Assembly: GCA_001804885.1 (NCBI GenBank)
Contig: MHBM01000307.1
Coordinates: 28,111 to 75,522 of the forward strand
DNA from: Lentisphaerae bacterium RIFOXYA12_FULL_48_11
GTDB lineage: Bacteria; Verrucomicrobiota; Kiritimatiellia; UBA8416; YA12-FULL-48-11
DNA length: 47,412 nucleotides
Reading direction: 5' to 3'
The position numbers were made by a program, and so were the translations under genes. Positions 24,401-33,635 of the stretch are shown in pieces (positions within the stretch are counted from its first letter, which is position 1; each line of letters starts with the position of its first letter). The notes below the pieces were generated by a model, which saw only the letters and a program-made list of their open reading frames with translations, was not told the origin of the DNA and did no database searches.

Positions 24401-25001
24401 CTGTAGTTGCGGATAACTGTTTTAATAATTGATTTACTTTCCGCTGTTCTGGAATGCCGTGATCCTGCACTTCGAAGAAGAAATTGCCTTTGCCCAGCAT
24501 GTCAATATATTCATTGGAGACGTGTACTGCGGCGTTCATATCATCTTTAAGCAGACACCCCGCCACTTCGCCCTGAAGGCACGCTGACAGGCCAATGAGT
24601 CCATCGTGGTGCTTTGCCAGCAGCTGTTTGTCAATCCTTGGTTTGTAATAGAATCCCTCCAGATGTGCTGTTGTAACAAGTCGACATAGATTCTGGTATC
24701 CAGCCTCATTTTTTGCCAGGAGAACTAGATGATTAACAGGAACACGTGTTCCCTCGGTCTTGCGGTCTGAAAGGTTACCCTGTGTAACATAAACCTCGCA
24801 GCCCAGGATTGGTTTTACCCCTGCATCACGGGCTGTTTTATAGAAATCGATTATGCCGTACATTACTCCATGATCAGTGACAGCAACTGCGGGCATATTG
24901 TTGGCCGCAGCCGTGCTAACCACATCTTTGACGCGGCACGCACCATCCAGCAGGCTGTAGCTGGAATGTAGGTGTAAATGAACAAATTGTTTAGTACTCA
25001 T
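21492..25001 (-). CDS. dnaE: DNA polymerase III alpha subunit
   Basis: PHP motif FVHLHLHSSYSLLDG, GPGRGSGGGS, FERFLNPER..PPDFDIDF, KMDFLGL, FAGYGFNKAH and internal clamp motif QGNLF. Confidence 0.98.
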   Translation of the reverse strand: MSTKQFVHLHLHSSYSLLDGACRVKDVVSTAAANNMPAVAVTDHGVMYGIIDFYKTARDAGVKPILGCEVYVTQGNLSDRKTEGTRVPVNHLVLLAKNEAGYQNLCRLVTTAHLEGFYYKPRIDKQLLAKHHDGLIGLSACLQGEVAGCLLKDDMNAAVHVSNEYIDMLGKGNFFFEVQDHGIPEQRKVNQLLKQLSATTGIPLVATNDVHYIAKKHASAHEVLLCLQTQTVMSDQNRMRLPTEEFYMKTREEMEPLFKEFPGSIDRTLEIAEMCNVELTFGKLHFPTFVVPKGINQKNYLIKLGKEGLEHKYGLKNFDHPTNDFEKEIVQRFNYELSIIEKTGYINYYLVVWDFVHFAKSSDIPVGPGRGSGGGSLLAYSLGITSIDPIKYGLIFERFLNPERISPPDFDIDFCQARREEVIEYVKDKYGRENVAQIITFGSLGAKTVIRDVGRVLEIPYSDCDKLSKMVPEDPDMDLRKALEINPEFKKSYQSNADCKRILDYGFVLEGLYRNQGTHAAGVVIGEKPLVEIIPLSRDKEKQTVTQYSMEPLGEIGLLKMDFLGLKTLTVIKESVDLVKETAGNYIDVENLPMDDKPTYELFNRGDTVGVFQLESPGMRDLIRRVGIDRIEDLIAMIALYRPGPMNMLDDYVNRKTGKSKIEYDHPLLESVLKETYGVMLYQEEVQKAANVLAGYSLGQADILRKAMGKKKPEVMEEQREKFISGCAKTIKLNSKQAGKIFDTMAKFAGYGFNKAHSAGYAIISYQTAYLKANYPAEFMSALLSSEIGNADKLPVFANEALEMDLKILPPDINESSVRFKPLKQAIRFGLAGIKNVGEGASEAIVAECRKNGRFTGMVNFCSRIDGQAVNKKVIESLVRSGAFDSIDTNRAKLFSAIDFAMSRAAQAARDKRSGQGNLFEMLGTDTPAALDENLPECPNWHESELLANEKDLLGIYLSGHPLTKFASLLDRYQLTTVHKLKDLEDRTPTRLGGIISQLEKKLSKDKRPWARIVIEDLDGSMEVLVFPETYEKYQARIIKDSAIMVCGDVSKREEPPKLVAQEIYPLAEIPRHFATKLSIHLPVSTTEQQKMEKLKNMLRLHPGLTPVVICMEHATGQKVFVETASSLRVFPGEELIHKLEQEFGEKSVYVAVNPSPYLTAKRKKWGEN

Positions 25002-25161
25002 CAACACTTAAGATGCTAACGGGCCTACGCCAAAAGAAAAGCTTTTTAATGTATGAAGATCTGTGAAAGTTATAATAGTTTCTATATGTGCTTTTGAAAA
25101 CACCACTGTGGACATCAATAATATGCTTTGATACTGTTATGTTAAAGATGTGGTTTATTTT

Positions 25162-25749
25162 ATGAAGAAAAATAGGATTGATAAGAACCTAATAAAGAAA
25201 AACATAGCTGAGAGTGTGAATGCTATAGAGACGTTGTTGTTGAGTGTTGATCGGATTGCCGATATTTCGGAGGACATCATAACTGCTCTTCGTGCAGGCA
25301 ACAAAGTGCTCGTTGCCGGTAACGGAGGGAGCGCTGCCGAATCACTTCATTTTGCCGAAGAACTGACTGGCAGATTCAAGTCGAACAGGGAGGCTCTTGC
25401 GGCGATTGCATTACCTGCCGATTGTACTGCTTTGACTTGCATAGGGAACGATTTCGGATTTGATGCGATTTTCAGCCGGCAGGTTGAAGCCCTGGGCAGG
25501 TCGGGTGATATTCTGATTCTCTTCAGCACCAGTGGTAATTCTCAGAACCTTCTGAATGCACTGGAGATTGCACGGAAACGTCAAATCATAACGGTTTGTC
25601 TTCTCGGGAAAAATGGGGGACTGATGGCCGGCAAGGCTAAACATGAGATCATTATCAAGCATAATGAGACGGCACGTATACAGGAAGCACACCAGGTTAT
25701 TTTGCATCTGGTTCTGGATGTGATAGAACAGGCATACTCTAAGAAATGA
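25162..25749 (+). CDS. gmhA: Phosphoheptose isomerase (SIS domain)
   Basis: GNGGSAA..HFAEEL.GRF, GNDFGF..IFSRQVEA, STSGNS.N and RIQEAH. Confidence 0.93.
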   Translation: MKKNRIDKNLIKKNIAESVNAIETLLLSVDRIADISEDIITALRAGNKVLVAGNGGSAAESLHFAEELTGRFKSNREALAAIALPADCTALTCIGNDFGFDAIFSRQVEALGRSGDILILFSTSGNSQNLLNALEIARKRQIITVCLLGKNGGLMAGKAKHEIIIKHNETARIQEAHQVILHLVLDVIEQAYSKK

Positions 25750-26537
25750 AGAAAGTTACTAACATTATTACATTAGTGCTCCTTTTCCTGTCGATTGCCC
25801 CTGAATCTTATGCCAATTTGCGTGTCTCTTTGCGTCTCGATCCTGTTTCTGCCATTGAATTCGAGACGGTTACGGCCTATGTTTCTATTGTAAACGATGG
25901 TGATGAGATTTTTACTCTGGATGAGAGTGAAAAAAGTCAAACTGCCAGATTTTTTTTTATTGTTGAACGGAAACGCGATGAGTACGTGAAAAGACTCGAT
26001 GAAAGGCCACCACTCAGGAAGATGCGTTTGATGCCTGGTGAAAAACGTGAATTTATAACTGATGTATCCGCTTTTTATGATGTTACATCCAAGGGACGAT
26101 ATGTTGTAAAAGCAGCTATTGATGCCGGTAAGTTCCGTTACGAATCAAACCCAGTGGTGTTGGATGTTGTACGGGGAATAGAACTGGCGTCAGTCACGAG
26201 ATCAATCCCGGGATATTCAGACCGTGACCGTGAATATTCTCTCCGATACAATTGGAGAGAGAAAAAAGAAATTCTCTTTCTTTGTGTTTACGAGGATGAC
26301 GGTAAAACCAACTACGGCATATTCCCTTTGGGGCCGGTGATTCGTGTTGCCAAGCCGATTTTTAATATTGACAGATCTGGTAATGTCACTGTGATTCACC
26401 AGACAAATCGAGATTGTTTCATCCGCTCCAAATTTCAATCCAATCAGGATGGTGTATTCTTTGTGGATCAGGCATATCTTGATGTGGAGGGAAAACCCTA
26501 TGCATACCTTCGCGAACCGGGTGCATCTCCCAAGTAG
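25746..26537 (+). CDS. Hypothetical exported protein
   Basis: Signal peptide (ending SYA), beta-rich sequence; ATGA overlap with the gmhA stop. Confidence 0.7.
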   Translation: MKKVTNIITLVLLFLSIAPESYANLRVSLRLDPVSAIEFETVTAYVSIVNDGDEIFTLDESEKSQTARFFFIVERKRDEYVKRLDERPPLRKMRLMPGEKREFITDVSAFYDVTSKGRYVVKAAIDAGKFRYESNPVVLDVVRGIELASVTRSIPGYSDRDREYSLRYNWREKKEILFLCVYEDDGKTNYGIFPLGPVIRVAKPIFNIDRSGNVTVIHQTNRDCFIRSKFQSNQDGVFFVDQAYLDVEGKPYAYLREPGASPK

Positions 26538-26546
26538 TCGTTCGCC

Positions 26547-28037
26547 TCAGGATGCAAGGAGCTTGTTAATTGATGCTGCGGCAGTCCTTCCCTGTCCCAT
26601 GGCAAGAATAACGGTAGCAGATCCAAGAACTATATCGCCGCCTGCATATACTCGATCAATGGAGGTTTTCCCATCCGCGTCGACAATGATATTGCCCCAT
26701 TTCGTGGTAACCATTTCCGGGGTTGTCTGCTTGATCAGAGGGTTTGAATCATTGCCTATGGCTACAATGACCGTATCAACATCCATTACAAATTCACTCC
26801 CAGGTATTTCCATCGGTCTCCTGCGGCCTGAATCGTCTGGTGCGCCAAGTTCATAGCGAAGGCATTCCATGGCCTTTACATACCCGTTCTCGTCGCCGAT
26901 GATGCGCCTGGCATTCTCAAGGATATGGAATATAACACCTTCTTCTTTGGCGTGCCGCACTTCCTCAATTCGGGCTGGCATTTCAGCTTCTGTACGCCGG
27001 TAAACAAGATGAACTTCCTGGGCGCCTAGACGGACTGCCGAGCGTGCTGCGTCCATTGCGACATTACCACCTCCAAGCACTGCGACTTTTCTGGAATTAG
27101 CAACTGGTGTATCGGCTTTTTCCCTGTCATATGCACGCATAAGGTTTACTCGTGTCAAAAATTCATTCGCGGAGTATACGCCGACAAGATTCTCGCCTTC
27201 GATTTCCATGAATTTGGGCAGTCCGGCACCTGTCCCTACGAATACGGCATCGAAGCCATCTTTTTCCAGAAGGTCTTTCAATTTACGTGTTCTGCCAACA
27301 ACGAAACTTGTCTTAATCTCTACTCCCATGGCTTTTAGTGAAGAGATTTCCTTTTCAACAATGTTCTTTGGCAACCTGAATTCCGGGATGCCGTACATCA
27401 TTACGCCTCCGGGTTTATGGAAAGCTTCGAACATGGTGACCTTGTGACCTTCTCGACGCACATCCGCAGCGACTGTAATACTTGCCGGTCCGCTGCCTAT
27501 TATGGCGACCTTTTTTCCGGTTTCGGGCTTGATCGAGGGTGTTTCAAGTTTGCCGCTCTCGCGTTCGAGGTCCGCAATAAACCGTTCAATTCGTCCGATT
27601 GAAACAGCTTTGTCCACGCTCTTGAGTGACTTTCCGACAGTACACGGCAGCTGGCACTGGACTTCCTGCGGGCAAACTCTTCCGCATACGGCAGGCAGGA
27701 GACTGTTTTGTTTTATTATATCGATCGATTTTTGAAAGTTTCCTTCAGCAGCGGCTGCAAGAAAAGCCGGAATATCAATACATACAGGGCACCCTTTGAT
27801 GCACGGGGCGTTCTTGCATTGCAGACATCTCATCGCTTCCAGCCTTGCCTGTTCTGCAGTATAACCGAGGGCTACTTCGCTCATGTTGTTTCGTCGCACA
27901 AAGGGGTCCTGTGAAGGCATTTCCTGGCTCGGTAGTGAAATTTTTTCTTTAGGACTAAGTTGCTTGTTAGCGTGGACAATACCGGCGAGAATTGTTCCGG
28001 CTTCTCTTCCTAGTTTTTGTTTGTCCGAGTGGTTCAT
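26547..28037 (-). CDS. nfnB: NfnB/SudA-type flavo-iron-sulfur subunit (homotetrameric GltA family)
   Basis: RCLQC..APC..GCP, CGRVCPQE.QC, GSGPA, YGIPEFRLP, GGGNVAMD and AGGDIV.G.ATVILAM; ATGA overlap with nfnA. Confidence 0.88.
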   Translation of the reverse strand: MNHSDKQKLGREAGTILAGIVHANKQLSPKEKISLPSQEMPSQDPFVRRNNMSEVALGYTAEQARLEAMRCLQCKNAPCIKGCPVCIDIPAFLAAAAEGNFQKSIDIIKQNSLLPAVCGRVCPQEVQCQLPCTVGKSLKSVDKAVSIGRIERFIADLERESGKLETPSIKPETGKKVAIIGSGPASITVAADVRREGHKVTMFEAFHKPGGVMMYGIPEFRLPKNIVEKEISSLKAMGVEIKTSFVVGRTRKLKDLLEKDGFDAVFVGTGAGLPKFMEIEGENLVGVYSANEFLTRVNLMRAYDREKADTPVANSRKVAVLGGGNVAMDAARSAVRLGAQEVHLVYRRTEAEMPARIEEVRHAKEEGVIFHILENARRIIGDENGYVKAMECLRYELGAPDDSGRRRPMEIPGSEFVMDVDTVIVAIGNDSNPLIKQTTPEMVTTKWGNIIVDADGKTSIDRVYAGGDIVLGSATVILAMGQGRTAAASINKLLAS

Positions 28038-28882
28038 TTGATCCCTTTTGCGGCAAGTTCCAGATGGCATTTCTTGTGTGCTCTACTTTCATGGTTTTTG
28101 TAAGCACCAAGCCGCTTAATCATATTTTCAAAATCTACCTGGTGACCATCAAATTCAGGTCCATCAACACAGACAAATTTTGTCTTCCCACCTACTGTTA
28201 CGCGGCATCCGCCACACATCCCCGTTCCATCGATCATAATGGTGTTCAGCGATACAACTGTTGGGACATTGAAAGGGAGGGTGGTCTGAGCGCAGAATCT
28301 CATCATTATTGGCGGTCCGATAGCGACGGCAAGGTCGGGTTTTTCGGACCGCCCGCATATTTCTTTCAGGGGTTCGGTTACAAGGCATTTTCGGCCATAT
28401 GATCCATCATCCGTGCAGATAATTAACTCATCCGCAAGTTCCTTCATTCGGTTTTCCATAATGAGCAGTTCTTTGTTCCTGGCTCCAATGATAATAATCA
28501 TCCGGTTACCGGCTTTCTTCATTCCTTCTGCAATTGGATGAAGAGGGGCGACGCCTATTCCGCCTCCAACACACACAATAGTCCCGAACTTCTCGATATG
28601 AGTTGGCCTCCCGAGTGGACCAAGCAGGTTTTCGATTGAATCACCAACCTTCATCTCGGCAAGATTGTGAGTTGTTTTTCCCACAGTCTGGAATACAAGT
28701 GTTATGGTTCCTGATTTTACATCTGCATCAGCTATAGTAAGGGGAATCCTTTCCCCGAAATCCGAGTTGATCTGGACAATAACAAACTGGCCGGGTTTAC
28801 GCTCTTCTGCGAGTAACGGGGCGTGAACCTTCATCTGGACAACATCGGCAGACAAAATTGTTTTTTCTATAATTTTGTTCAT
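28034..28882 (-). CDS. nfnA: NfnA/SudB-type ferredoxin:NAD(P)+ reductase subunit (electron-bifurcating transhydrogenase small subunit)
   Basis: PGQFV, GERIPLTIAD, GPLG, GGGIGVAP, AIGPPIMM, MIDGTGMCGGCRV and CVDGPEFDGH. Confidence 0.9.
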   Translation of the reverse strand: MNKIIEKTILSADVVQMKVHAPLLAEERKPGQFVIVQINSDFGERIPLTIADADVKSGTITLVFQTVGKTTHNLAEMKVGDSIENLLGPLGRPTHIEKFGTIVCVGGGIGVAPLHPIAEGMKKAGNRMIIIIGARNKELLIMENRMKELADELIICTDDGSYGRKCLVTEPLKEICGRSEKPDLAVAIGPPIMMRFCAQTTLPFNVPTVVSLNTIMIDGTGMCGGCRVTVGGKTKFVCVDGPEFDGHQVDFENMIKRLGAYKNHESRAHKKCHLELAAKGIK

Positions 28883-28995
28883 TGTTAACTATCAGCTAAT
28901 AATGGAATGGGTTGTTAAGCCCGACAGGGGTGGCAAATTAATGGGTTTAAGCCAGTATGTCAATTCATCTTGTGCTGAAGACACACCTTTGTTTT

Positions 28996-29625
28996 TTACT
29001 TTGCGGCTTTCTTTTCTGCCTGTGGCTCTGCTGCCGGTGCGGCTGGAGCCGGGCTGCCTAGTGTTCCTGAGGATAGTTCAGACAATTTGCTTTCAAAGAG
29101 AGTTCTGGCGCTCTCAAGAAGTAATTCTCTGTCTGAAGCGCCGTCATCGGTCTTTTTCTTAGTGGCTCTGTCGCCAAGCATTTTACGAGCGGTTTCTGTA
29201 CGTTTCTTTTCCTGTTCTTCTGAACGTTTTCTTTCGGCTTCTTCTGATTCAGATAAAGCACTTTCCAGATTGGTGAGTTTTGTGGAAGCCTTTTCCTGAT
29301 CTGTGAAATTATCAACTACCTGCATCTTCTTCGGCGAGATAGCGGTGCGTGGAAAGTTTTTCTTTGATGTTGATGGGTCGGCTTTCCATGCTTTTTCCGA
29401 GGCTGCCATTGCTTTTGCCCACAGTTTAGTTTCTGCGGATAATTCATCCAGTAGTGCCTTATATTCAGATTGGGTTACAAGCTTGTACGACATCTGTTTT
29501 GCGTGATCGAAATATCGCAGGATGAGATATGTCTCAGGTTTTGCCTGTGCGCCCGTTTCATCTGCGGCATCTACAAAACTGAAACCGATGAGACATATCA
29601 CTGCAGACAGTAGTAACCTTTTCAT
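28996..29625 (-). CDS. Hypothetical exported helical protein
   Basis: Signal peptide, GAGG RBS, charged helical body and Ala/Pro-rich tail. Confidence 0.7.
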   Translation of the reverse strand: MKRLLLSAVICLIGFSFVDAADETGAQAKPETYLILRYFDHAKQMSYKLVTQSEYKALLDELSAETKLWAKAMAASEKAWKADPSTSKKNFPRTAISPKKMQVVDNFTDQEKASTKLTNLESALSESEEAERKRSEEQEKKRTETARKMLGDRATKKKTDDGASDRELLLESARTLFESKLSELSSGTLGSPAPAAPAAEPQAEKKAAK

Positions 29626-29647
29626 TTAAACCTCCTCTGATAGGACA

Positions 29648-29869
29648 TCATTCAACTCTTTCAACGGTAATATTCTCGTCAATCGTTTCGCGCAGGTCCC
29701 GTTCTATACCCTGCTTTATGGTGATTGAGGCGTGGGGACAACCACCACATGCGCCTCTCAATCTGAGCCTAACATTCTTATCTTCGATGCTCACTACTTC
29801 GAGATCACCGCCATCGGCCTGAAGCATTCCCCTTATTTCTTCCAGTCGGTCGCGTATTTTCTTTTCCAT
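29648..29869 (-). CDS. NifU/Nfu-type Fe-S cluster scaffold protein
   Basis: IR..LQADGGDLE and LRGACGGCP motifs. Confidence 0.92.
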   Translation of the reverse strand: MEKKIRDRLEEIRGMLQADGGDLEVVSIEDKNVRLRLRGACGGCPHASITIKQGIERDLRETIDENITVERVE

Positions 29870-30038
29870 TAAAAAACCCCTTGTTTACATCAAATGCATT
29901 TGTAAAATATAAGTTAGATAATAAATCAGGCAAAATCGTACATCAAGATTAAAACTATATGAACATGACTAAAAAACTTCCATTATCGCTGTTTCTGTCA
30001 TTTTTGCTTAGGGTTAAGATTGCAAACAAAGGTCACAA

Positions 30039-30314
30039 ATGAAAAAGAGACTTCATTTGATTATCCAAGGCCGAGTTCAAGGGGTGTGTTTTCGAATGTA
30101 CACCTGTGACCAGGCTGAACGGCTGGGGCTTACGGGTTGGGTTAGTAACAGGGATGACGGAAGTGTTGAAGTTGTTGCTGAGGGCTCCGATTCATCACTT
30201 GTCCAGCTGTTGGCCTGGTGTAGACGTGGACCTCCTTATTCCAGAGTCAACGATGTTGCTCAGGAATATTCAGATGCCAGAGATGAGTTCGAAAACTTTT
30301 CGATAAAACACTAA
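30039..30314 (+). CDS. acyP: Acylphosphatase
   Basis: GRVQGVCFR, GWVSNRDDGSVEV.AEG and GPP..RV motifs. Confidence 0.95.
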   Translation: MKKRLHLIIQGRVQGVCFRMYTCDQAERLGLTGWVSNRDDGSVEVVAEGSDSSLVQLLAWCRRGPPYSRVNDVAQEYSDARDEFENFSIKH

Positions 30315-30321
30315 GAAATTA

Positions 30322-33300
30322 TCAATGATCCCACTCGACGATACAAATCTTCTGTTGCCTGCCGCTGCAGGGGTTGAAATATTTCGTTTTGATTTCAAGG
30401 ACTTCATCGGTTCCTGTCACATTTAAAGGGACGTCCTGTAGCCAATTAGTATATTCCCATGGTTCGTTTGATACCCATTTCCATTCACCAGTAAGTTTAT
30501 CCCTGTAACCGCCAATCCATATCTGGTTTGAGGCATGATATATTTTTAGTATCCATTCCTGTTCTTCTCTGCTTGTGATGGTTACAAGATGACCTCCAAG
30601 CGCCGTGCAGTGTTTTCTTGCATCTTCCCAGGACATGGGTAGGGAAAATAATACATAATGATGCCCTTTGAAATATTCGACCCCGTTAGGGATGTTGTAT
30701 GGTGTTTGCATGACGGGAATTGCCGCATTAACTGTCTGTTTGGCCAGGTAACAAATGTTTGACATTGCCGGGACATCCTCCCAATCCGCCAAGATCTTTG
30801 CCGCGGCTTTTCGTGCGAGATCATATTTTTTGTTTGCCAGGGCATCTTTAACGGTATCAAAAAGACACAGCGTCAGTGATAAATCGGCATCCCCGATTCT
30901 GTTGAGGACCCTTGTCAGAGTTTTTGTTTCGGCGAGCAGGAATAAATTGGACGATGTCTGCTCATCTAACGATATTCTTGAGAGCGGCATGTCCTTGAGC
31001 GATGAGAGATTTGTAAATTTTGTGCCGGCGATATTTATCGCGACCAGTGTCAGATTTTTCAGCGGCGAGAAATCGGTGGCTGGGCTATCTCTCATGTTTA
31101 ATTCTGTTAACGGTAAGTTTCTAAGAGGGGTCAGGTCTGTAACGGGGCAGTTGTTTATATTCAGGGAAGTCAGCGGCATTCCCTTTAACGGTGACAAGTC
31201 TGTAACTTCTGTGAAAGATATATCAAGCCTGTTCAAATTCATGTTTTTAAGCGGGGAAAGATCTCGTACCTTTGTCTGGTTGATGCTGAGATTTGCGAGT
31301 GGCAGATTTTTGATAGGCGTGATATCACTAAGCTTACTTGCGTTCACAGAGAGGGAGATAAGAGGCATGGCAGCAAGGGGCGATAAATCATACACATCGG
31401 TCTTATCCAAGTTCAATGTGTTGAGCGGCATGCCTTTCAACGCGGAAATATTTTCAATTCTGGTGGCATAGAGATTCAAGTGATTCAAGGGCATGCCTTT
31501 GATCGGGGTCAAATCGGAAACAAGACTGTTCGTCATATCAAGCCATCGTACGGGAATATCATGTAATCGCGGCAGATCGGAAAATGCCGTATCGCTGAGA
31601 TCGAGTCCGCAATAACCGTTTTTATCGATTACGACATGTTTGTATCTGATACCAGACTCGTTCAGCATTCGTCGCATGAAAGCTTCCAGAGGCTCTCCAG
31701 ATGGTGTTGAACTGGCAATGGTCGCTACAGCTTCGTCGATTCTACCCTGACCCCTGATTCCAAGATACAATGCGTAGATGGCAGAAAGTTCAAGGCTGTT
31801 CTTGTTTCCAGATTTTTTGATTATTCTTTTACACAGATCCAGATTTTCCCGTGCCATTTTGTGTTTGGAATTCAGAGAAAGTGCCTGTTCGTAAGCTTTG
31901 ACGGCATCTTTGAGCCTGAGCATGATTTGGAGCGCATTTCCTTTGCGATATAGGTATTCGGAGTTGTTTGGCTCCAACTCGGCTGCAAATGTTATTTTTT
32001 CCAGTGCTTTTCCCGGTTTTTGAACAGCTACATAGCGTTGAGAGAGGAGTGCAAGGTCGGATGCTGAACTCTTTAGCGCGAGGAGTGCATCATTTGCATG
32101 GCCTCTCTCTGTTTCTGCAACTTTTCTCGCCTTTTCGGCTTTGATCCATTCCGTAGCGCTGATTGTGATTCCTGTGAAAGTGAGGACCAGAAGGATTGCA
32201 ACCAGCGCTGTAACCGTTTTATGCCGTTTTATAAATAAACCGATATGTCGCCATAAACCTGCATGTTCAGCAGATGTTGTAAAACCATTCTGATATGCCT
32301 CAACATCATTTTGAAGTTTTTGCACTGTCTGGTATCTTTTCCATGGATCAAGATCCATTGCTTTCATTGAAACCGCTGCAAGAGGTTCGGGTATGATTTC
32401 GTTGGGCAAATGCCTGAGGCGTATATATTTAATGATGGTATTTACAGATGATTTTACAGGTGTACGTACGACTTTCCCGAATATGGTCTTTCGTGGGTTA
32501 TATTCTGTTGGGTACGGAATGGCTCCTGTGGTGATTTTCGTTACGGCCTCCAGCATATCCTTCCCTTCGACGGGAATGTGCAGTGTCAGTATGTGGTAAA
32601 GGATAGATCCGAGGGCGTAGACGTCTGTTCTTTCGTCAAGCTCGGCTGTTCTTCCAAGTGCCTGTTCCGGGGCCATGAATCCTGGTGTTCCCATAATCGC
32701 ACCAATAACGGTTTTCAATGTATCGAAGGCTGCATCTTTTCTAACGGAATCAATTGCATTTTGGGCGATTTCTGCATTCTGCGGATCTTTCTCGTTTCTG
32801 TGTGATTGCTTTATTTTGTGCCTTGGGAAAATTTTTGCCAACCCCCAGTCCATTACCTGGACTTCACCGAAATCTCCAACCATTATATTTTCGGGCTTGA
32901 GGTCACGGTGAATGACTCGTTTTGAATGGGCGAAGGCCAGGGCATGGCAAATCTTCTGAAAAATGACGAGCAAGTTGTTTAGGGGAAACTCTTTGATGGT
33001 TTCTTCGTTGCCGCTCCGTACTTCCTTTAAGATCTGGTGCAGGGTTTTTCCTTTTAGCAGTTTCATCGTATAAAAAACATTACCAGCGGCATCAACTCCA
33101 AGTTCGTGGAGAGGAACTATCCCTGGATGCTCGAGCTGACCTGTTATCTGGGCTTCCTCGATAAAACGCAGAATGCCATCATGTCCGGCACCTTTTGGAT
33201 CCAGAAGGACTTTCATAGCTATGTTACGGCGAATATTGGTATCCATTACCGTCAAAATGGCGCCCATTCCGCCTTTGGCAATTGGTGTTCCGACCTCGTA

Positions 33301-33627
33301 ACGGCATTCCTGGTTTGCTGTAACCGTTTTACTTCCATCGTCTTGCTTCAGATCAAGTGTAACGGTTGGTTCAAGCTCGATACCGCCCATGATCTGCCGT
33401 TGCTTCATGTATGCCGCAATGGTAATACCGCCGGTATTGATGCTTGCCTTCATTGAGTTCCTGACGGCGTTTAATATCTCCTGCGACTCATTTGGGGAGG
33501 GATTCCGGGTTGTCCCAAGAATTGGAACAGTCTGCATCGCATTACAGAGAGGGCAGACAATAGGGTGGCCTTGATAAATTGTCTGGACTTCAAGCTTCTG
33601 TTTGCAGTCTGGGCATTCAAACTTCAT
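30322..33627 (-). CDS. Receptor-like Ser/Thr kinase: Zn ribbon-kinase-TM-TPR-LRR-C-type lectin (catalytic motifs intact)
   Basis: CPDC..CPLC; AKGGMG, AMK, HRDLKPEN, DWGLAK, GTPGFMAPEQ; TM VTALVAILLVLTFTGITISA; TPR; about 10 SDLSPLKGMPL-type repeats; SWEDA..HC...GGHLVTI..WIGG..WKW CTL domain. Confidence 0.9.
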   Translation of the reverse strand: MKFECPDCKQKLEVQTIYQGHPIVCPLCNAMQTVPILGTTRNPSPNESQEILNAVRNSMKASINTGGITIAAYMKQRQIMGGIELEPTVTLDLKQDDGSKTVTANQECRYEVGTPIAKGGMGAILTVMDTNIRRNIAMKVLLDPKGAGHDGILRFIEEAQITGQLEHPGIVPLHELGVDAAGNVFYTMKLLKGKTLHQILKEVRSGNEETIKEFPLNNLLVIFQKICHALAFAHSKRVIHRDLKPENIMVGDFGEVQVMDWGLAKIFPRHKIKQSHRNEKDPQNAEIAQNAIDSVRKDAAFDTLKTVIGAIMGTPGFMAPEQALGRTAELDERTDVYALGSILYHILTLHIPVEGKDMLEAVTKITTGAIPYPTEYNPRKTIFGKVVRTPVKSSVNTIIKYIRLRHLPNEIIPEPLAAVSMKAMDLDPWKRYQTVQKLQNDVEAYQNGFTTSAEHAGLWRHIGLFIKRHKTVTALVAILLVLTFTGITISATEWIKAEKARKVAETERGHANDALLALKSSASDLALLSQRYVAVQKPGKALEKITFAAELEPNNSEYLYRKGNALQIMLRLKDAVKAYEQALSLNSKHKMARENLDLCKRIIKKSGNKNSLELSAIYALYLGIRGQGRIDEAVATIASSTPSGEPLEAFMRRMLNESGIRYKHVVIDKNGYCGLDLSDTAFSDLPRLHDIPVRWLDMTNSLVSDLTPIKGMPLNHLNLYATRIENISALKGMPLNTLNLDKTDVYDLSPLAAMPLISLSVNASKLSDITPIKNLPLANLSINQTKVRDLSPLKNMNLNRLDISFTEVTDLSPLKGMPLTSLNINNCPVTDLTPLRNLPLTELNMRDSPATDFSPLKNLTLVAINIAGTKFTNLSSLKDMPLSRISLDEQTSSNLFLLAETKTLTRVLNRIGDADLSLTLCLFDTVKDALANKKYDLARKAAAKILADWEDVPAMSNICYLAKQTVNAAIPVMQTPYNIPNGVEYFKGHHYVLFSLPMSWEDARKHCTALGGHLVTITSREEQEWILKIYHASNQIWIGGYRDKLTGEWKWVSNEPWEYTNWLQDVPLNVTGTDEVLEIKTKYFNPCSGRQQKICIVEWDH

Positions 33628-33635
33628 AATTCAAT

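Noticed and set aside
26547-28037. Glutamate synthase function
   Set aside because: No large subunit gltB; pairing with an NfnA/SudB gene indicates NfnAB transhydrogenase.
30755-31471. 238-aa plus-strand ORF with apparent repeats
   Set aside because: Antisense of the LRR-coding region; the periodicity comes from the real gene.
31000-31560. CRISPR-like or tandem DNA repeats in the kinase genes
   Set aside because: Degenerate ~63-nt periodicity is explained by protein LRRs; no identical repeats with unique spacers.
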